From a virus, in IMG/VR virus record IMGVR_UViG_3300028590_000015, positions 1 to 64,000 of that record: a stretch of 64,000 nt of DNA; one strand, 5' to 3'. The notes under the pieces are model-generated. The model was given only the letters and a program-made list of their open reading frames with translations, was not told the DNA's origin and ran no database searches. A program made the position numbers and the translations under genes. This document shows, in pieces, positions 24,157-33,393 of the stretch. The number at the start of each line of letters is the position of its first letter. Positions within the stretch are counted from its first letter, which is position 1.

Positions 24157-24738
24157 ATGTCGATCAAAAAGCCAAAGATTTCCTGGCGGTGGAGCATCGC
24201 CAAAGAAGATGTCGTGCTTGCTGTAGCCGTGCTTTTCGTGGTGGCCGTTGGTGGCCCGCTGTTTAAGCGCTTCTTCACCAGCGACGCCTACACATTCCCT
24301 GAACAATGGGGCCAAATGGGCGATTTCGTGGGTGGGTTCGCCAATCCGGTTGTAGCGCTCGCAGCTCTGTTCTTGTTGTGGCTGTCGATAAAAATCCAAC
24401 GACATGAACTCCGCGAGGCTCATGAGTCGCTGAGGCGTCAGGCTGAGAGCGCGAGCGCGTCCGTCGAGATTGCGGGCTACACAGCGGCAATCAATGCAGC
24501 GGTGGCGCAGGTGGAAATCCATCAAACGCACATCACCTATCTGATGACGCAGATACACAGCGGCCAAATTGGTGCCGGCATTTTGGGCATGACTGGCGAT
24601 GGCTACTCGCGGCAGGAGGCATTCACGAAAATCACCGAGCTCCATGCGAAGGTGTCAGTCTTGATGGAAGAACAAGACTATTTTTCTAAGCGACTCAAGT
24701 TGACTTTGAGGGCCATGGGCCACAGTCAAATCGACTGA
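24157..24738 (+). CDS. Membrane protein, paralog B of duplicated pair
   Basis: WGQMGDFVGGFANPVVALAALFLLW then ...SASVEIAGYTAAINAAVAQVEIH, paralleling paralog A ...AELSGYTAAISACQDQVQIL. Confidence 0.65.
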   Translation: MSIKKPKISWRWSIAKEDVVLAVAVLFVVAVGGPLFKRFFTSDAYTFPEQWGQMGDFVGGFANPVVALAALFLLWLSIKIQRHELREAHESLRRQAESASASVEIAGYTAAINAAVAQVEIHQTHITYLMTQIHSGQIGAGILGMTGDGYSRQEAFTKITELHAKVSVLMEEQDYFSKRLKLTLRAMGHSQID

Positions 24739-24748
24739 GGAGTGAGGA

Positions 24749-25495
24749 ATGTGCAACATCTACGGCTCGTTGGACGAAGACCAGCTCGAACTATTCCTTG
24801 GGCTGGATGACGCGCTTTCCTGGGAGCAGCCGACGTGGGCCGAGCCCATCGTCGCCCCGCTCAAGCCGGGGGTGTTCGTGGCCGGCGGCCCGGATCGCCT
24901 CCGCGTGCTGGTGGGCCAGTGGGGAATGATCCCGCCGGACTCCGAGGACCGCGTGCCGCGCGCCAAACCCAAGCCGGGCCAGAAGGTCGGCACTCGCCTG
25001 AGCACCAACAACGCGCGCCGCGAGCGCATGAAGACGGCGTGGACGTTCCGGCGCGCCTGGGCGCGTGGTCAGCGCTGCCTCATTCCGGCCGCTTGGTACG
25101 ACGAGCCCTATTGGGGCATCAGCCATGCAGACCCGATGGCGGCCACCTTCAACACTTGGTGGCGCTTCCGCCGCGCCGATGGTGAGCCCTGGATGCTGGC
25201 TGGTCTGTGGGACGAGTGGACCGACCCGCACACGGGCGAGGTGGTGCTGAACTACACGATGGTGACCCAGAACTGCGACGGCCACCCGGTGCTGGCCCTT
25301 ATGCACAAGCCCGATCCGAAGCTGCCGCCTGACAAGCAGGACAAGCGCGCTGTGGTGCCCATCGAGCGGGCAGACTGGTCCACGTGGCTTCGTGGTGGTG
25401 CCGAAGAGGCCGAGAGCCTGATTCGCGTGCCACCCGTCGAGACCTTGAATCATGGGCCTGCAGATGCAGGGCGCACCGATCGGCTGCCCGTATAG
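24749..25495 (+). CDS. SRAP (SOS-response-associated peptidase, YedK/DUF159) family protein
   Basis: N-term MCNIYG (catalytic Cys2) and overall SRAP-like length and composition. Confidence 0.8.
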   Translation: MCNIYGSLDEDQLELFLGLDDALSWEQPTWAEPIVAPLKPGVFVAGGPDRLRVLVGQWGMIPPDSEDRVPRAKPKPGQKVGTRLSTNNARRERMKTAWTFRRAWARGQRCLIPAAWYDEPYWGISHADPMAATFNTWWRFRRADGEPWMLAGLWDEWTDPHTGEVVLNYTMVTQNCDGHPVLALMHKPDPKLPPDKQDKRAVVPIERADWSTWLRGGAEEAESLIRVPPVETLNHGPADAGRTDRLPV

Positions 25496-25525
25496 GCGTA
25501 CTGCGTGGCCTCGAAGCGAGGCTCG

Positions 25526-25993
25526 TCACTCACGCATGGCCAAGTGCGGCGCGAAGCGGTGATCGACCTCGGCCTGCCGATCCTTGAACCAATCGCGCAT
25601 GCGGTCGTATCCGGGAGCCGGGGGCGTGTAGTCCTCGGTCTCGTTTTCCTGCTGGTCGGCCAACTCCGCCATGAGTTTCCTGATGTTGACCCAGATCTTC
25701 TCGTCGATGTACTTTCCGATGTCGTCGTCGAACAGCCAGCGTGCCCCACGGGTGGCGAGCAGAAATTCTTCCAGGTCCGGGGCCAGAAGGTAGCCCTGGC
25801 GGTTCACCTTCGCGATGGTTTCTACGACAGCGCGATAGATGACGTAGCGCCGGTCGAATAGATCCAGCCGCAGCTTGTTGCGGGCAGTGCGCGCTTGGCG
25901 CCAGGCGATGTAGATACCGAAGCCGGCAATTGTGGGGGTGAGTAGCGCGGCCAGGACGGTTAGCCACATGGGGGTACTCGGGAAGGTCATCAT
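25526..25993 (-). CDS. Membrane-anchored hypothetical protein (155 aa)
   Basis: N-terminal TM (WLTVLAALLTPTIAGFGIYIAW); GGAGG SD; divergent from the 26057 gene. Confidence 0.6.
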   Translation of the reverse strand: MMTFPSTPMWLTVLAALLTPTIAGFGIYIAWRQARTARNKLRLDLFDRRYVIYRAVVETIAKVNRQGYLLAPDLEEFLLATRGARWLFDDDIGKYIDEKIWVNIRKLMAELADQQENETEDYTPPAPGYDRMRDWFKDRQAEVDHRFAPHLAMRE

Positions 25994-26036
25994 CTCCTCC
26001 GTGGTTGTGTAAAGTCGCCATCGTACAGAGCGTGTG

Positions 26037-26052
26037 CTGTATATTTATCCAG
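26037..26052. promoter_or_regulatory. LexA-box-like site CTGTATATTTATCCAG (CTGT-N8-ACAG class, 1 mismatch)
   Basis: In the 63-nt divergent promoter region, 5 nt upstream of the 26057 ATG; resembles the E. coli-type SOS box TACTGTATATATATACAGTA. Confidence 0.45.
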
Positions 26053-26056
26053 TATC

Positions 26057-26449
26057 ATGCTCGCAACCGTCTACCGCACCCGTGACCGGGGCATCCGCCT
26101 TCCCAGGCCGCACTCGCCCGTGACCGGCGACCTGCTGCTGGAGGTGCAGACACGCGGGGGCGAATCCATGCAGGTTGCCAGCCTCATGGGGGACAGCGGC
26201 AAGGTGCAGATGCTGCCGACCCTGTTCAAGGCGCGCGTCCTGCGCGTCACGGCCAACGGCTTGGTGATCGCTGGCAAGGAGCCGCTCACGCGCGGCCAGC
26301 AGAAGTCCAAGGTCGAGTTCAAGCCTCAGACCTGGTGGGCATTCATCCACACCGATAGAGGCATCTACCGCTACGACGGCAACGATCCGCTGGACTTCAT
26401 GGCGGATGAGGCCGTCCTTGCGCGCGGCGGTCGCAGCACAGGGCCGTAG
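26057..26449 (+). CDS. Hypothetical protein (130 aa), possibly SOS-regulated
   Basis: ORF immediately downstream of the LexA-like box; no recognisable domain. Confidence 0.55.
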   Translation: MLATVYRTRDRGIRLPRPHSPVTGDLLLEVQTRGGESMQVASLMGDSGKVQMLPTLFKARVLRVTANGLVIAGKEPLTRGQQKSKVEFKPQTWWAFIHTDRGIYRYDGNDPLDFMADEAVLARGGRSTGP

Positions 26450-26461
26450 CCCGCGCGCGCT

Positions 26462-26477
26462 CCGTTGACTCCGAGAG
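26462..26477 (+). promoter_or_regulatory. Conserved late-region 16-mer CCGTTGACTCCGAGAG (copy 1; TTGACT -35-like)
   Basis: Same 16-mer (CCGTTGACTCCGAGGG) at 36274-36289 and 49986-50001, all intergenic and upstream of plus-strand late genes. Confidence 0.55.
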
Positions 26478-26543
26478 AAATCCACTTTGAATAGCCAGTG
26501 AGTCCCGCCGGGGCTCGCTTGTCTCCTCAAGGGATTGAGTTGC

Positions 26544-26572
26544 GCCCAGCCTTAACCGGCTGGGCTCTTTTT
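26544..26572 (+). terminator. Strong intrinsic terminator 14 nt upstream of terS (tR'-like)
   Basis: GCCCAGCC-TTAACC-GGCTGGGC perfect 8-bp stem followed by TCTTTTT. Confidence 0.7.
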
Positions 26573-26585
26573 CGGAGTTCTCGCC

Positions 26586-27287
26586 ATGGCCCCCAAGTCG
26601 CGCAAGAGTGCGGCACCACCAGCACCCCCCGCCAAGCAGAAAACTGACTGGGATGCTGTTGAGCGCGATTACCGGACCGGCCGCTTCACCCTGCGTGAAC
26701 TCACCGCCAAGCACGGCCCCACTCACACCACCATCGCCCGCCGCGCCGAGCGCGAAGGCTGGACCAAAGACCTCACCGAGGCCATCCGCCAAGCCACCAA
26801 CGCCAAGCTGGTGCAACAGTCCGTGCAACAGGTGGTGCAACAGGAATGCACCAACGCGCACCAAGCTGTAACGGAATCGGTGCTCGTCGCGGCCGAGATG
26901 AACAAGGACATCATCCTGGGCCACCGCAGCGACCTCAAGGCCGCGCGCACCGTGGCAGTTTCGCTGCTCGACGAGCTGAGCAAGGCCGCCATGCTGGCCG
27001 CCGACGAAGACGCCCTCATCGACATCCTGGCCGGGAAGCACGCCGAGCCGCAGGACTTGGCCAGGGCCCGGTCGCTGGTCCAGAAGGCGCTGTCCGTGAA
27101 CTCGCGCATCAGCAGCGTCAAGGCGCTGGCCGAGGCCTTCACAAAACTCCACGACGGCGAGCGGCGCGCCTTCAACATCGGCGACGAACCCCCGAAAACT
27201 CCGGGCGGCGAGCTGGCGGAGTTTCTCAATGACCTGTCAGCGCGCGGCAGCCGCCTGCCGATCGCAGGTGCTGGGAGCGCCGCGTGA
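26586..27287 (+). CDS. terS: Terminase small subunit
   Basis: HTH-like RFTLRELTAKHGPTHTTIARRAEREGW near N-terminus; directly precedes and is ATGA-coupled to terL. Confidence 0.7.
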   Translation: MAPKSRKSAAPPAPPAKQKTDWDAVERDYRTGRFTLRELTAKHGPTHTTIARRAEREGWTKDLTEAIRQATNAKLVQQSVQQVVQQECTNAHQAVTESVLVAAEMNKDIILGHRSDLKAARTVAVSLLDELSKAAMLAADEDALIDILAGKHAEPQDLARARSLVQKALSVNSRISSVKALAEAFTKLHDGERRAFNIGDEPPKTPGGELAEFLNDLSARGSRLPIAGAGSAA

Positions 27288-28795
27288 TTCGTGAGGACAT
27301 TCAGTTGGGCCTGTCCGACCCCTGGTGGCGGATCTGCAACCTGTACTGGATCATCAACAAGGACGGCAAGCCCGAGGCTTTCAAGCCGAACGCCGAGCAG
27401 ACCGACTTCTACAACCAGCTCCACACGCGCAACGCCATCCTCAAGGCGCGGCAGAAGGGGTTTTCTACCCTCCTGCAGATCCTGGCGCTGGACCAGTGCC
27501 TGTTCAACGACAACTTCACGGCCAACACCATCGCCGACACGCTGCCCAACGCGGGCAAGCTGTTCCGCAAGGCCCTGTTCGCCTACAACCACCTGCCCGC
27601 GTTCCTCAAGGCGGCGAAACCCCTCAAGAGCCAGACCACCAGTGAAATGGTGTTCGCCAACGGTTCGAGTTTCAGCGTGGGCACCAGCGCGCGCGGCGGC
27701 ACCGTGCTGCTGTTGCACGTGTCCGAGATGGGGAAGATCGCCAAGAAGTACCCCGAGAAGGCGCGCGAGATCGTCACCGGCGCCTTCGAGGCCGTGCCGC
27801 TCAACGGGATCATCGTGGTGGAGTCCACCGCCGAGGGCAACGGCGGCGAGTTCTTCGACATCTGCGATGCCGCGTTGAAGAAGCGCGAGGCCAAGAGCCA
27901 CCTCACAGAGCTGGACTTCAAGCTGCACTTCTACCCGTGGTTCAACAGCCGCGAGTACCGCATCAACGCCCAGGGCGTGCACTTCACCGAAGAGGACCGG
28001 AAGTATTTCCGCCAGACCGAGGCCAACGCGGGCGTGACGTTGGACACGGAACAGCGCGCTTGGTACATCAAAAAGCGCGAAGTCCTCAAACGAGACATGA
28101 AGCGCGAGTACCCCGCGTCGATAAAAGAGAGCTTCGAGCAGGCCATTGAAGGCGCCGTCTACGGCGACGAGATGACCACGCTGCGCGAGCGCGGCCGCAT
28201 CTGCTCGGTCCCCATTGATCCCTTCGAGCGGGTCAACACCTTCTGGGATCTTGGCTCCAATGACCACACCGCCATTTGGCTTCACCAGCGCGTCGGCGCC
28301 TGGGACCACTTCGTCGCCTACATGGAAGGCACACGGACTGGACTCAGGAAATGGTGGGAACTCCTGGAGGACTGGCGACTAGCCAACGGTGTGGAGAAGT
28401 GGGGCGTCCACTACCTTCCACACGATGGCGATGCCGAGCGCCAGGGCGAAGAGATCAAGAGCGCCCGTTCCATCCTGGAAACAGACCTCAAGGTCAAGAA
28501 CGTCGAGATCGTCAAACGCATCTCCGACCTGGCCACCGGCATCGACGTGACGCGCACCGCGATGGTGAAGAGCGTTCGCATCGACGAGGCCCACTGCGCG
28601 GCCGGCATTCGATGCCTCGACAGCTACCAGTACGAGTGGGACGAGAAGCGCAGCCAGTGGAAGGCTGAACCCCTGCACAACTGGGCCTCCAACGGTTCCG
28701 ATGCATTTCGGCAATGGGCCCAGGGTTTCAAGCCTGGCTCCGACACCTCGGAGTCCATCAACGCATTCAAGAAACGAAAGAGGAGCTGGAGATGA
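27284..28795 (+). CDS. terL: Terminase large subunit
   Basis: 503 aa; ATPase-like N-terminal region (ARQKGFSTLL) and nuclease-type C-terminal region (WGVHYLPHDGD); position after terS. Confidence 0.8.
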   Translation: MIREDIQLGLSDPWWRICNLYWIINKDGKPEAFKPNAEQTDFYNQLHTRNAILKARQKGFSTLLQILALDQCLFNDNFTANTIADTLPNAGKLFRKALFAYNHLPAFLKAAKPLKSQTTSEMVFANGSSFSVGTSARGGTVLLLHVSEMGKIAKKYPEKAREIVTGAFEAVPLNGIIVVESTAEGNGGEFFDICDAALKKREAKSHLTELDFKLHFYPWFNSREYRINAQGVHFTEEDRKYFRQTEANAGVTLDTEQRAWYIKKREVLKRDMKREYPASIKESFEQAIEGAVYGDEMTTLRERGRICSVPIDPFERVNTFWDLGSNDHTAIWLHQRVGAWDHFVAYMEGTRTGLRKWWELLEDWRLANGVEKWGVHYLPHDGDAERQGEEIKSARSILETDLKVKNVEIVKRISDLATGIDVTRTAMVKSVRIDEAHCAAGIRCLDSYQYEWDEKRSQWKAEPLHNWASNGSDAFRQWAQGFKPGSDTSESINAFKKRKRSWR

Positions 28796-29292
28796 AGCTG
28801 TCCCCAATTTTGAGCCCCAAGGGCTTGCCCGTCTGGTCTGCAGGAGGTCGCCACGCATGGAAGGTGGGCGAGCACCGCGGCTTCGTGTGCAGCCTGGAGT
28901 GGGTGGGCAATGGGAGGCGCGCGCTGCCGTGCATGGTGATCTGGCCGGCCAGCAACGTGCTGGTGACGCGCGAGAGCCATGGCATGTGGGTGATCAGCCG
29001 GCGCGCCATCACCGAGTTCATCGGCTTCAACTCCGACCTCAAGTGCACCGGCTCGGTCAGCGAGCACTGCATGCGCGAGGCGCGTGAGTCGCTGGAGATC
29101 CTGGGCAAGGACAAGAACGACAAGCAAGCCCTGAACGCGCTGTGCGACGTGGTGCTGCGCTTCGCCCCTGACCTGGTGCACATGCCGGTCACCCCGTCGC
29201 ACGTCCGCAAGGAACTCGACAACCCACCCATGTGGACCGTGAAGGCCACCAACAAGGGCAGCGGCCAGGTGCTGTCCGAAACCGAGGTCTGA
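28792..29292 (+). CDS. Hypothetical protein (166 aa)
   Basis: ATGA-coupled to terL. Confidence 0.55.
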   Translation: MKLSPILSPKGLPVWSAGGRHAWKVGEHRGFVCSLEWVGNGRRALPCMVIWPASNVLVTRESHGMWVISRRAITEFIGFNSDLKCTGSVSEHCMREARESLEILGKDKNDKQALNALCDVVLRFAPDLVHMPVTPSHVRKELDNPPMWTVKATNKGSGQVLSETEV

Positions 29293-29294
29293 TC

Positions 29295-31553
29295 ATGGCA
29301 ACCCGATTGAAGCCCACCAAGATCGCAGCGGCGGTCGATGTCGCCATCACGCCGGCCGAGAAGGCGGCCACTCCCACCGCGAACGGCCAGTTGCCGCAGG
29401 ACGAGGAATCGAAGCGATCGCGCCACGAGCGCCGCAAGTCCTGGTTCCTGGCCGAGGCCTCGCGGCAGTCGGTCAACCGCGCCCTGATGGCCAAGTGCGA
29501 GGCCTTCTACGACGGCCAGCAGTGGACCCATGAGGACGCCGAAACTCTCCGGGCTCGGGGCCAGAACCCCGTGGTCTACAACGAGATCAAGCCCACGATC
29601 GACTGGCTCATCGGTACCGAGCGCCGCAGCCGCGTGGATTTCGTGGTGGTGGCCGAGGAGCCCGGCGAGGAGGCCGACGAGGACGCGCGCCTCAAGACCA
29701 AGCTGCTCAAGTACCTCGACGACACGAACCGCGCCACCTTCGAGAGGAGCTACGCGGCCGAGGACGCCTTCAAGGCCGGGCTGGGCTGGATCGAGGTGGG
29801 CCTGCGCGGCGACAAGAACGGCCCGCCCATCTACATCGGCTCTGAGTCGTGGCGCAACATGCTCCACGACAGCATCGGCTCGCAGAAGCGCGACATCACC
29901 GACGGCCGCTACATCTTCCGCATCAAGGTGGTGGACCTGGACATCGCGCTGGCCATCTTCCCCGACAAGGCCCAGGAGCTGCGCTCATGCGTGCAGAGCG
30001 GTGACGACATCTCCATCTTCCGCGAGTGGCTTGGCGGTACCGGCCTGATCTCTGGCCTGGACGCCTTCGGCGCCAGCAAGGAAGACGATCTCGACTACCT
30101 CACGCCGCGCCCGGTGGACATGTTCAACGCGCGCGAGCGCGTGCTGCTGATTGAGTGCTGGAGCCGCGAGCCGGTGCGCAACACCGAGGTGGGGCCGCAC
30201 GGGATCGCCGACCCGGTGACCTTCAAGATCTTCTGCTCGGTGATGACCGAGAAGGACACCCTGATCGAGGCGCCCAGCCCGTTCCGCCATGACCGGTTTC
30301 CTTTCATCCCCGTGTGGGCCTATCGCAATCGCCGCACGGGGCTGCCATACAGCCCGGTGTGGCCTCTGATCGGCCCGCAGGAGTCTTTGAACCACCGCAT
30401 TGGCCGCTCGCTGCACGAGGCCAGTAGCAACCAGATCGAGATCGAGTCCGACGCCTACGACCCGGAGATCATGGATCTCGACGAGCTGCGCGCCGAGTAC
30501 GACGATCCCAACGGCATGCCTGTGGTAAAGCCCGGGGCATTGAGTGGCGGCAAGGTGCGCGCACGGCCTGCAACGCAGGAGGCCCGCTTCCAGTTGGAGT
30601 TCGCCGCGCGCGACATCCAGGCTATCCGTGGCGTGTCTGGCGTCACCGGCGAGAACCGGGGCTTGGACACCAACTCGGTGTCCGGCCGAGCCGTGCTGGC
30701 CAAGCAGGACCAGGGCAGCTTGCTCACCATGGAGCTGTTCGACAACCTGCTGTTCGCGCGCCAGATGGAGGGCGAGCTGGTGCTGAGCGTGGCAGAGCAG
30801 TTCATCACCGAGGAGTTCAACGTCCGCACCGCCGACGAGCGCAAGGGCTACGAGTTCAGCACGCTCAACAAGTGGGACGCACAGACCGAGCAGTACGTCA
30901 ACGACATCACGAAGCGGCGCGCGCACTTCGTGGTGGGCGAGCAGGCCTGGAAGCAGTCGTTCGCTGAGGCCGCGTTCGAGTCCCTCATGCAGGTGCTCAC
31001 CCAGCTCGCAGCCGCGTCGCCCGAGGTGGTGGTGGCCATGCTGGACGTGGTGTTCGAGATCCATCCCAACCTGCCGCGCAAGGCCCTCATCCTGGAGCGC
31101 ATCCGCAGCGTAAACGGTCAGACGCCTGCCGACGGGAAGATGACGCCCGAGCAGCAGCAGGCCAAGCTGCAACAGCAGCAGCAGGCGAAGGCGCAGTTCG
31201 AGCTGCAGATGGCCGAGATGCAGGCCAAGGTGAAGGAAGCCCAGGCCAAGGGCGAAAAACTCGACGCCGAGGCCATGGCCAAGCGCCTGGAGGCGCTCTA
31301 CATGTCGGCCCAGGGCGCCCAGGTGCTCGCCGCCAACCCCCTGATCACACCGGTGGCCGACGAGCTGCTGCGCTCCGCAGGCTTTCAGGACCGCGGCGCA
31401 CCGCAGGTGCTGCCTGCCAACACCGTGCCTGCCGATGCCGTCCAGCCCGGCCTGCCCGCGCCGGAGCAGGCCGCTGGCCCCATGGAGGGCGGCATGCAGG
31501 GCGCCATGGCCGGAAGCATCACCCCCGAAGCCGACGGCGTGGCCGCGGTTTGA
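29295..31553 (+). CDS. Portal protein
   Basis: 752 aa following terminase; portal-like N-terminal region (KCEAFYDGQQW..PVVYNEIKPTIDWLIG); Gln/Ala-rich coiled-coil C-terminus. Confidence 0.75.
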   Translation: MATRLKPTKIAAAVDVAITPAEKAATPTANGQLPQDEESKRSRHERRKSWFLAEASRQSVNRALMAKCEAFYDGQQWTHEDAETLRARGQNPVVYNEIKPTIDWLIGTERRSRVDFVVVAEEPGEEADEDARLKTKLLKYLDDTNRATFERSYAAEDAFKAGLGWIEVGLRGDKNGPPIYIGSESWRNMLHDSIGSQKRDITDGRYIFRIKVVDLDIALAIFPDKAQELRSCVQSGDDISIFREWLGGTGLISGLDAFGASKEDDLDYLTPRPVDMFNARERVLLIECWSREPVRNTEVGPHGIADPVTFKIFCSVMTEKDTLIEAPSPFRHDRFPFIPVWAYRNRRTGLPYSPVWPLIGPQESLNHRIGRSLHEASSNQIEIESDAYDPEIMDLDELRAEYDDPNGMPVVKPGALSGGKVRARPATQEARFQLEFAARDIQAIRGVSGVTGENRGLDTNSVSGRAVLAKQDQGSLLTMELFDNLLFARQMEGELVLSVAEQFITEEFNVRTADERKGYEFSTLNKWDAQTEQYVNDITKRRAHFVVGEQAWKQSFAEAAFESLMQVLTQLAAASPEVVVAMLDVVFEIHPNLPRKALILERIRSVNGQTPADGKMTPEQQQAKLQQQQQAKAQFELQMAEMQAKVKEAQAKGEKLDAEAMAKRLEALYMSAQGAQVLAANPLITPVADELLRSAGFQDRGAPQVLPANTVPADAVQPGLPAPEQAAGPMEGGMQGAMAGSITPEADGVAAV

Positions 31554-31582
31554 CCCATCACCACCACCAACCAGGAGTTCCC

Positions 31583-31780
31583 ATGGGCAATGCCATCGCC
31601 ACCCCCGATTCCAAGGACAGCTACGACAAGTGGCAGGCCGAGGATGACCTTCGCACCATCACCCGCGCTCGCGAGATCGAGAAGGACTCGAAGCGCATGG
31701 CACACGTGCGCCGCGCCGCCAAGGAAAAGCTCGGCGAGATGCAGCAGATCAAAGACCTGGCTGCCGGCAAGAAGGCCTGA
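31583..31780 (+). CDS. Small hypothetical head-region protein (65 aa)
   Basis: AGGAG SD 7 nt upstream. Confidence 0.45.
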   Translation: MGNAIATPDSKDSYDKWQAEDDLRTITRAREIEKDSKRMAHVRRAAKEKLGEMQQIKDLAAGKKA

Positions 31781-31822
31781 ACCCGTTTTCCCGTCCCGCA
31801 ACCCCCAACCAGAGAGCACACC

Positions 31823-32335
31823 ATGAACGAACAGAGTACCGAAAGCAGCACCACCACCTCTTCCGACACGCCGGATACCGAGGTCGGCAAGGTGGACCAG
31901 GCGCAGGCCGAATTCAACCCTGTGGCGCTGAGCGAGATCGTCGAGCAGTCTGCCCAGCCGATCGCCGACCCCTACGCACCCAAGGGCTCGGAGGCCAATC
32001 CTCTGAACGACCAGGACGCCGCCGCCGACCTCGCTGGAGAGCCGCGCCCCGTGCCCCAGATCATCATGCCCACCGTGGGCCGCAAGGTGTGGTTTTTCCC
32101 GAACGGCGCCTGCTTTCATTCCAACCCGTACTGCATCAACCCCGAGGTGCCCATGGACGCCGACGTGGTGTTCGTGTGGGGCGAGCGCATGGTGAACCTC
32201 ACCGTGAAGGACCACATCGGCCAGGTGCACGCCTTCACCAGCGTGACGCTCCTGCAGCCCGGCGACGAGATCCCGGCCGGCGGCTACGCGCGCTGGATGC
32301 CGTTCCAGATTGGCCAGGCCATAGCCGCCGCCTGA
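31823..32335 (+). CDS. Hypothetical protein (170 aa)
   Basis: Acidic N-terminus; Cys/His-containing C-terminal region. Confidence 0.55.
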   Translation: MNEQSTESSTTTSSDTPDTEVGKVDQAQAEFNPVALSEIVEQSAQPIADPYAPKGSEANPLNDQDAAADLAGEPRPVPQIIMPTVGRKVWFFPNGACFHSNPYCINPEVPMDADVVFVWGERMVNLTVKDHIGQVHAFTSVTLLQPGDEIPAGGYARWMPFQIGQAIAAA

Positions 32336-32367
32336 CCCCACCACCATCAACCTCGCAGGAGTGAGCC

Positions 32368-33390
32368 ATGAGCCGTACCCCCGAAGAACAGAAAACCCTC
32401 GATGCCACCGCTGCCGCACTCGCGGCTGGCGAAGACCCGTTTGGTGATGACGAAGAGCTGGTGCGCGTCGGCGCCGACGGCAAAGTGCCGGGCGAGACCG
32501 ATGCCACCGAGACGCCCGCAACGGGCACCGAAACGGACACCGAGGCCGGTACCGGCACCGAAGGTGATGCCGGCGCCACGAAGGAAGGCGAGGGCGGCGA
32601 GCCCGGCGCCGCCAAGGGCGAAGGTGAAAACGGGGGTGCGGTGGCCGCCAATGAGGAGCAGCAGCCTGGCGCTGGCGCAGCCGAGGAACTCGACGCCCAG
32701 GTGCTGGCCGATATCGCCCAGCCGCGCAGCGAGCAGCCCGCGCTGTTCAACGCCTCGATGCCCGAGGACTACAAGGGCCAGCGCGCCAAGCTGCTGACCG
32801 AGAAAGCGGCTGCCATGAAGAAACTCATGGACGGCGAACTCGAGCCCGAGGCCTACGCGGCGGAGGACACGCGCATCTCCGACGCGCTGGATGACCTCAC
32901 TGCCCAGCGCATCCGTGCGGAAACTCTGCAGCAGGCGAACGTGCAGACCCAGGCCGCCTACCAGACGCGCGAGATCAACAAGCTCATCGCTCGCACCAAG
33001 ACCGAGGTGGATTACGCCGGCGATCCGACTGCCCCCAAGCAATTCGACAAGGCCATTGCGCTGGTGATGGGCGACCCGGAAAACGCGGGCCGCGACTTTG
33101 CCGAGCTGGCTGACGAGGCACACCGGATGGTGGCTGCGATGCGAGGGGTCAAGACCAAGACCCCGGCCCCGCCGCCGGCGCCTGCGGCCAAAACTCCCGC
33201 CGCTGCACCGCCGGCGCGCACGCCAGACGGAAAACCACCAGTCACCCTGCGTGACGTGCCCGCCGCATCGCTGCCCAACACCGGCGGTGGCGTGGTGGAG
33301 CAGATGGCAACGCTGACTGGCCAGGCCTACGAGGCCGCGTTCGCGAAACTCTCGCCGCAACAGCGCCGCCAACTGCTCGACGAGGTCTGA
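32368..33390 (+). CDS. Scaffolding protein (putative)
   Basis: Highly acidic Gly/Thr/Glu-rich N-terminus, central coiled coil, position between portal and capsid. Confidence 0.6.
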   Translation: MSRTPEEQKTLDATAAALAAGEDPFGDDEELVRVGADGKVPGETDATETPATGTETDTEAGTGTEGDAGATKEGEGGEPGAAKGEGENGGAVAANEEQQPGAGAAEELDAQVLADIAQPRSEQPALFNASMPEDYKGQRAKLLTEKAAAMKKLMDGELEPEAYAAEDTRISDALDDLTAQRIRAETLQQANVQTQAAYQTREINKLIARTKTEVDYAGDPTAPKQFDKAIALVMGDPENAGRDFAELADEAHRMVAAMRGVKTKTPAPPPAPAAKTPAAAPPARTPDGKPPVTLRDVPAASLPNTGGGVVEQMATLTGQAYEAAFAKLSPQQRRQLLDEV

Positions 33391-33393
33391 AAC

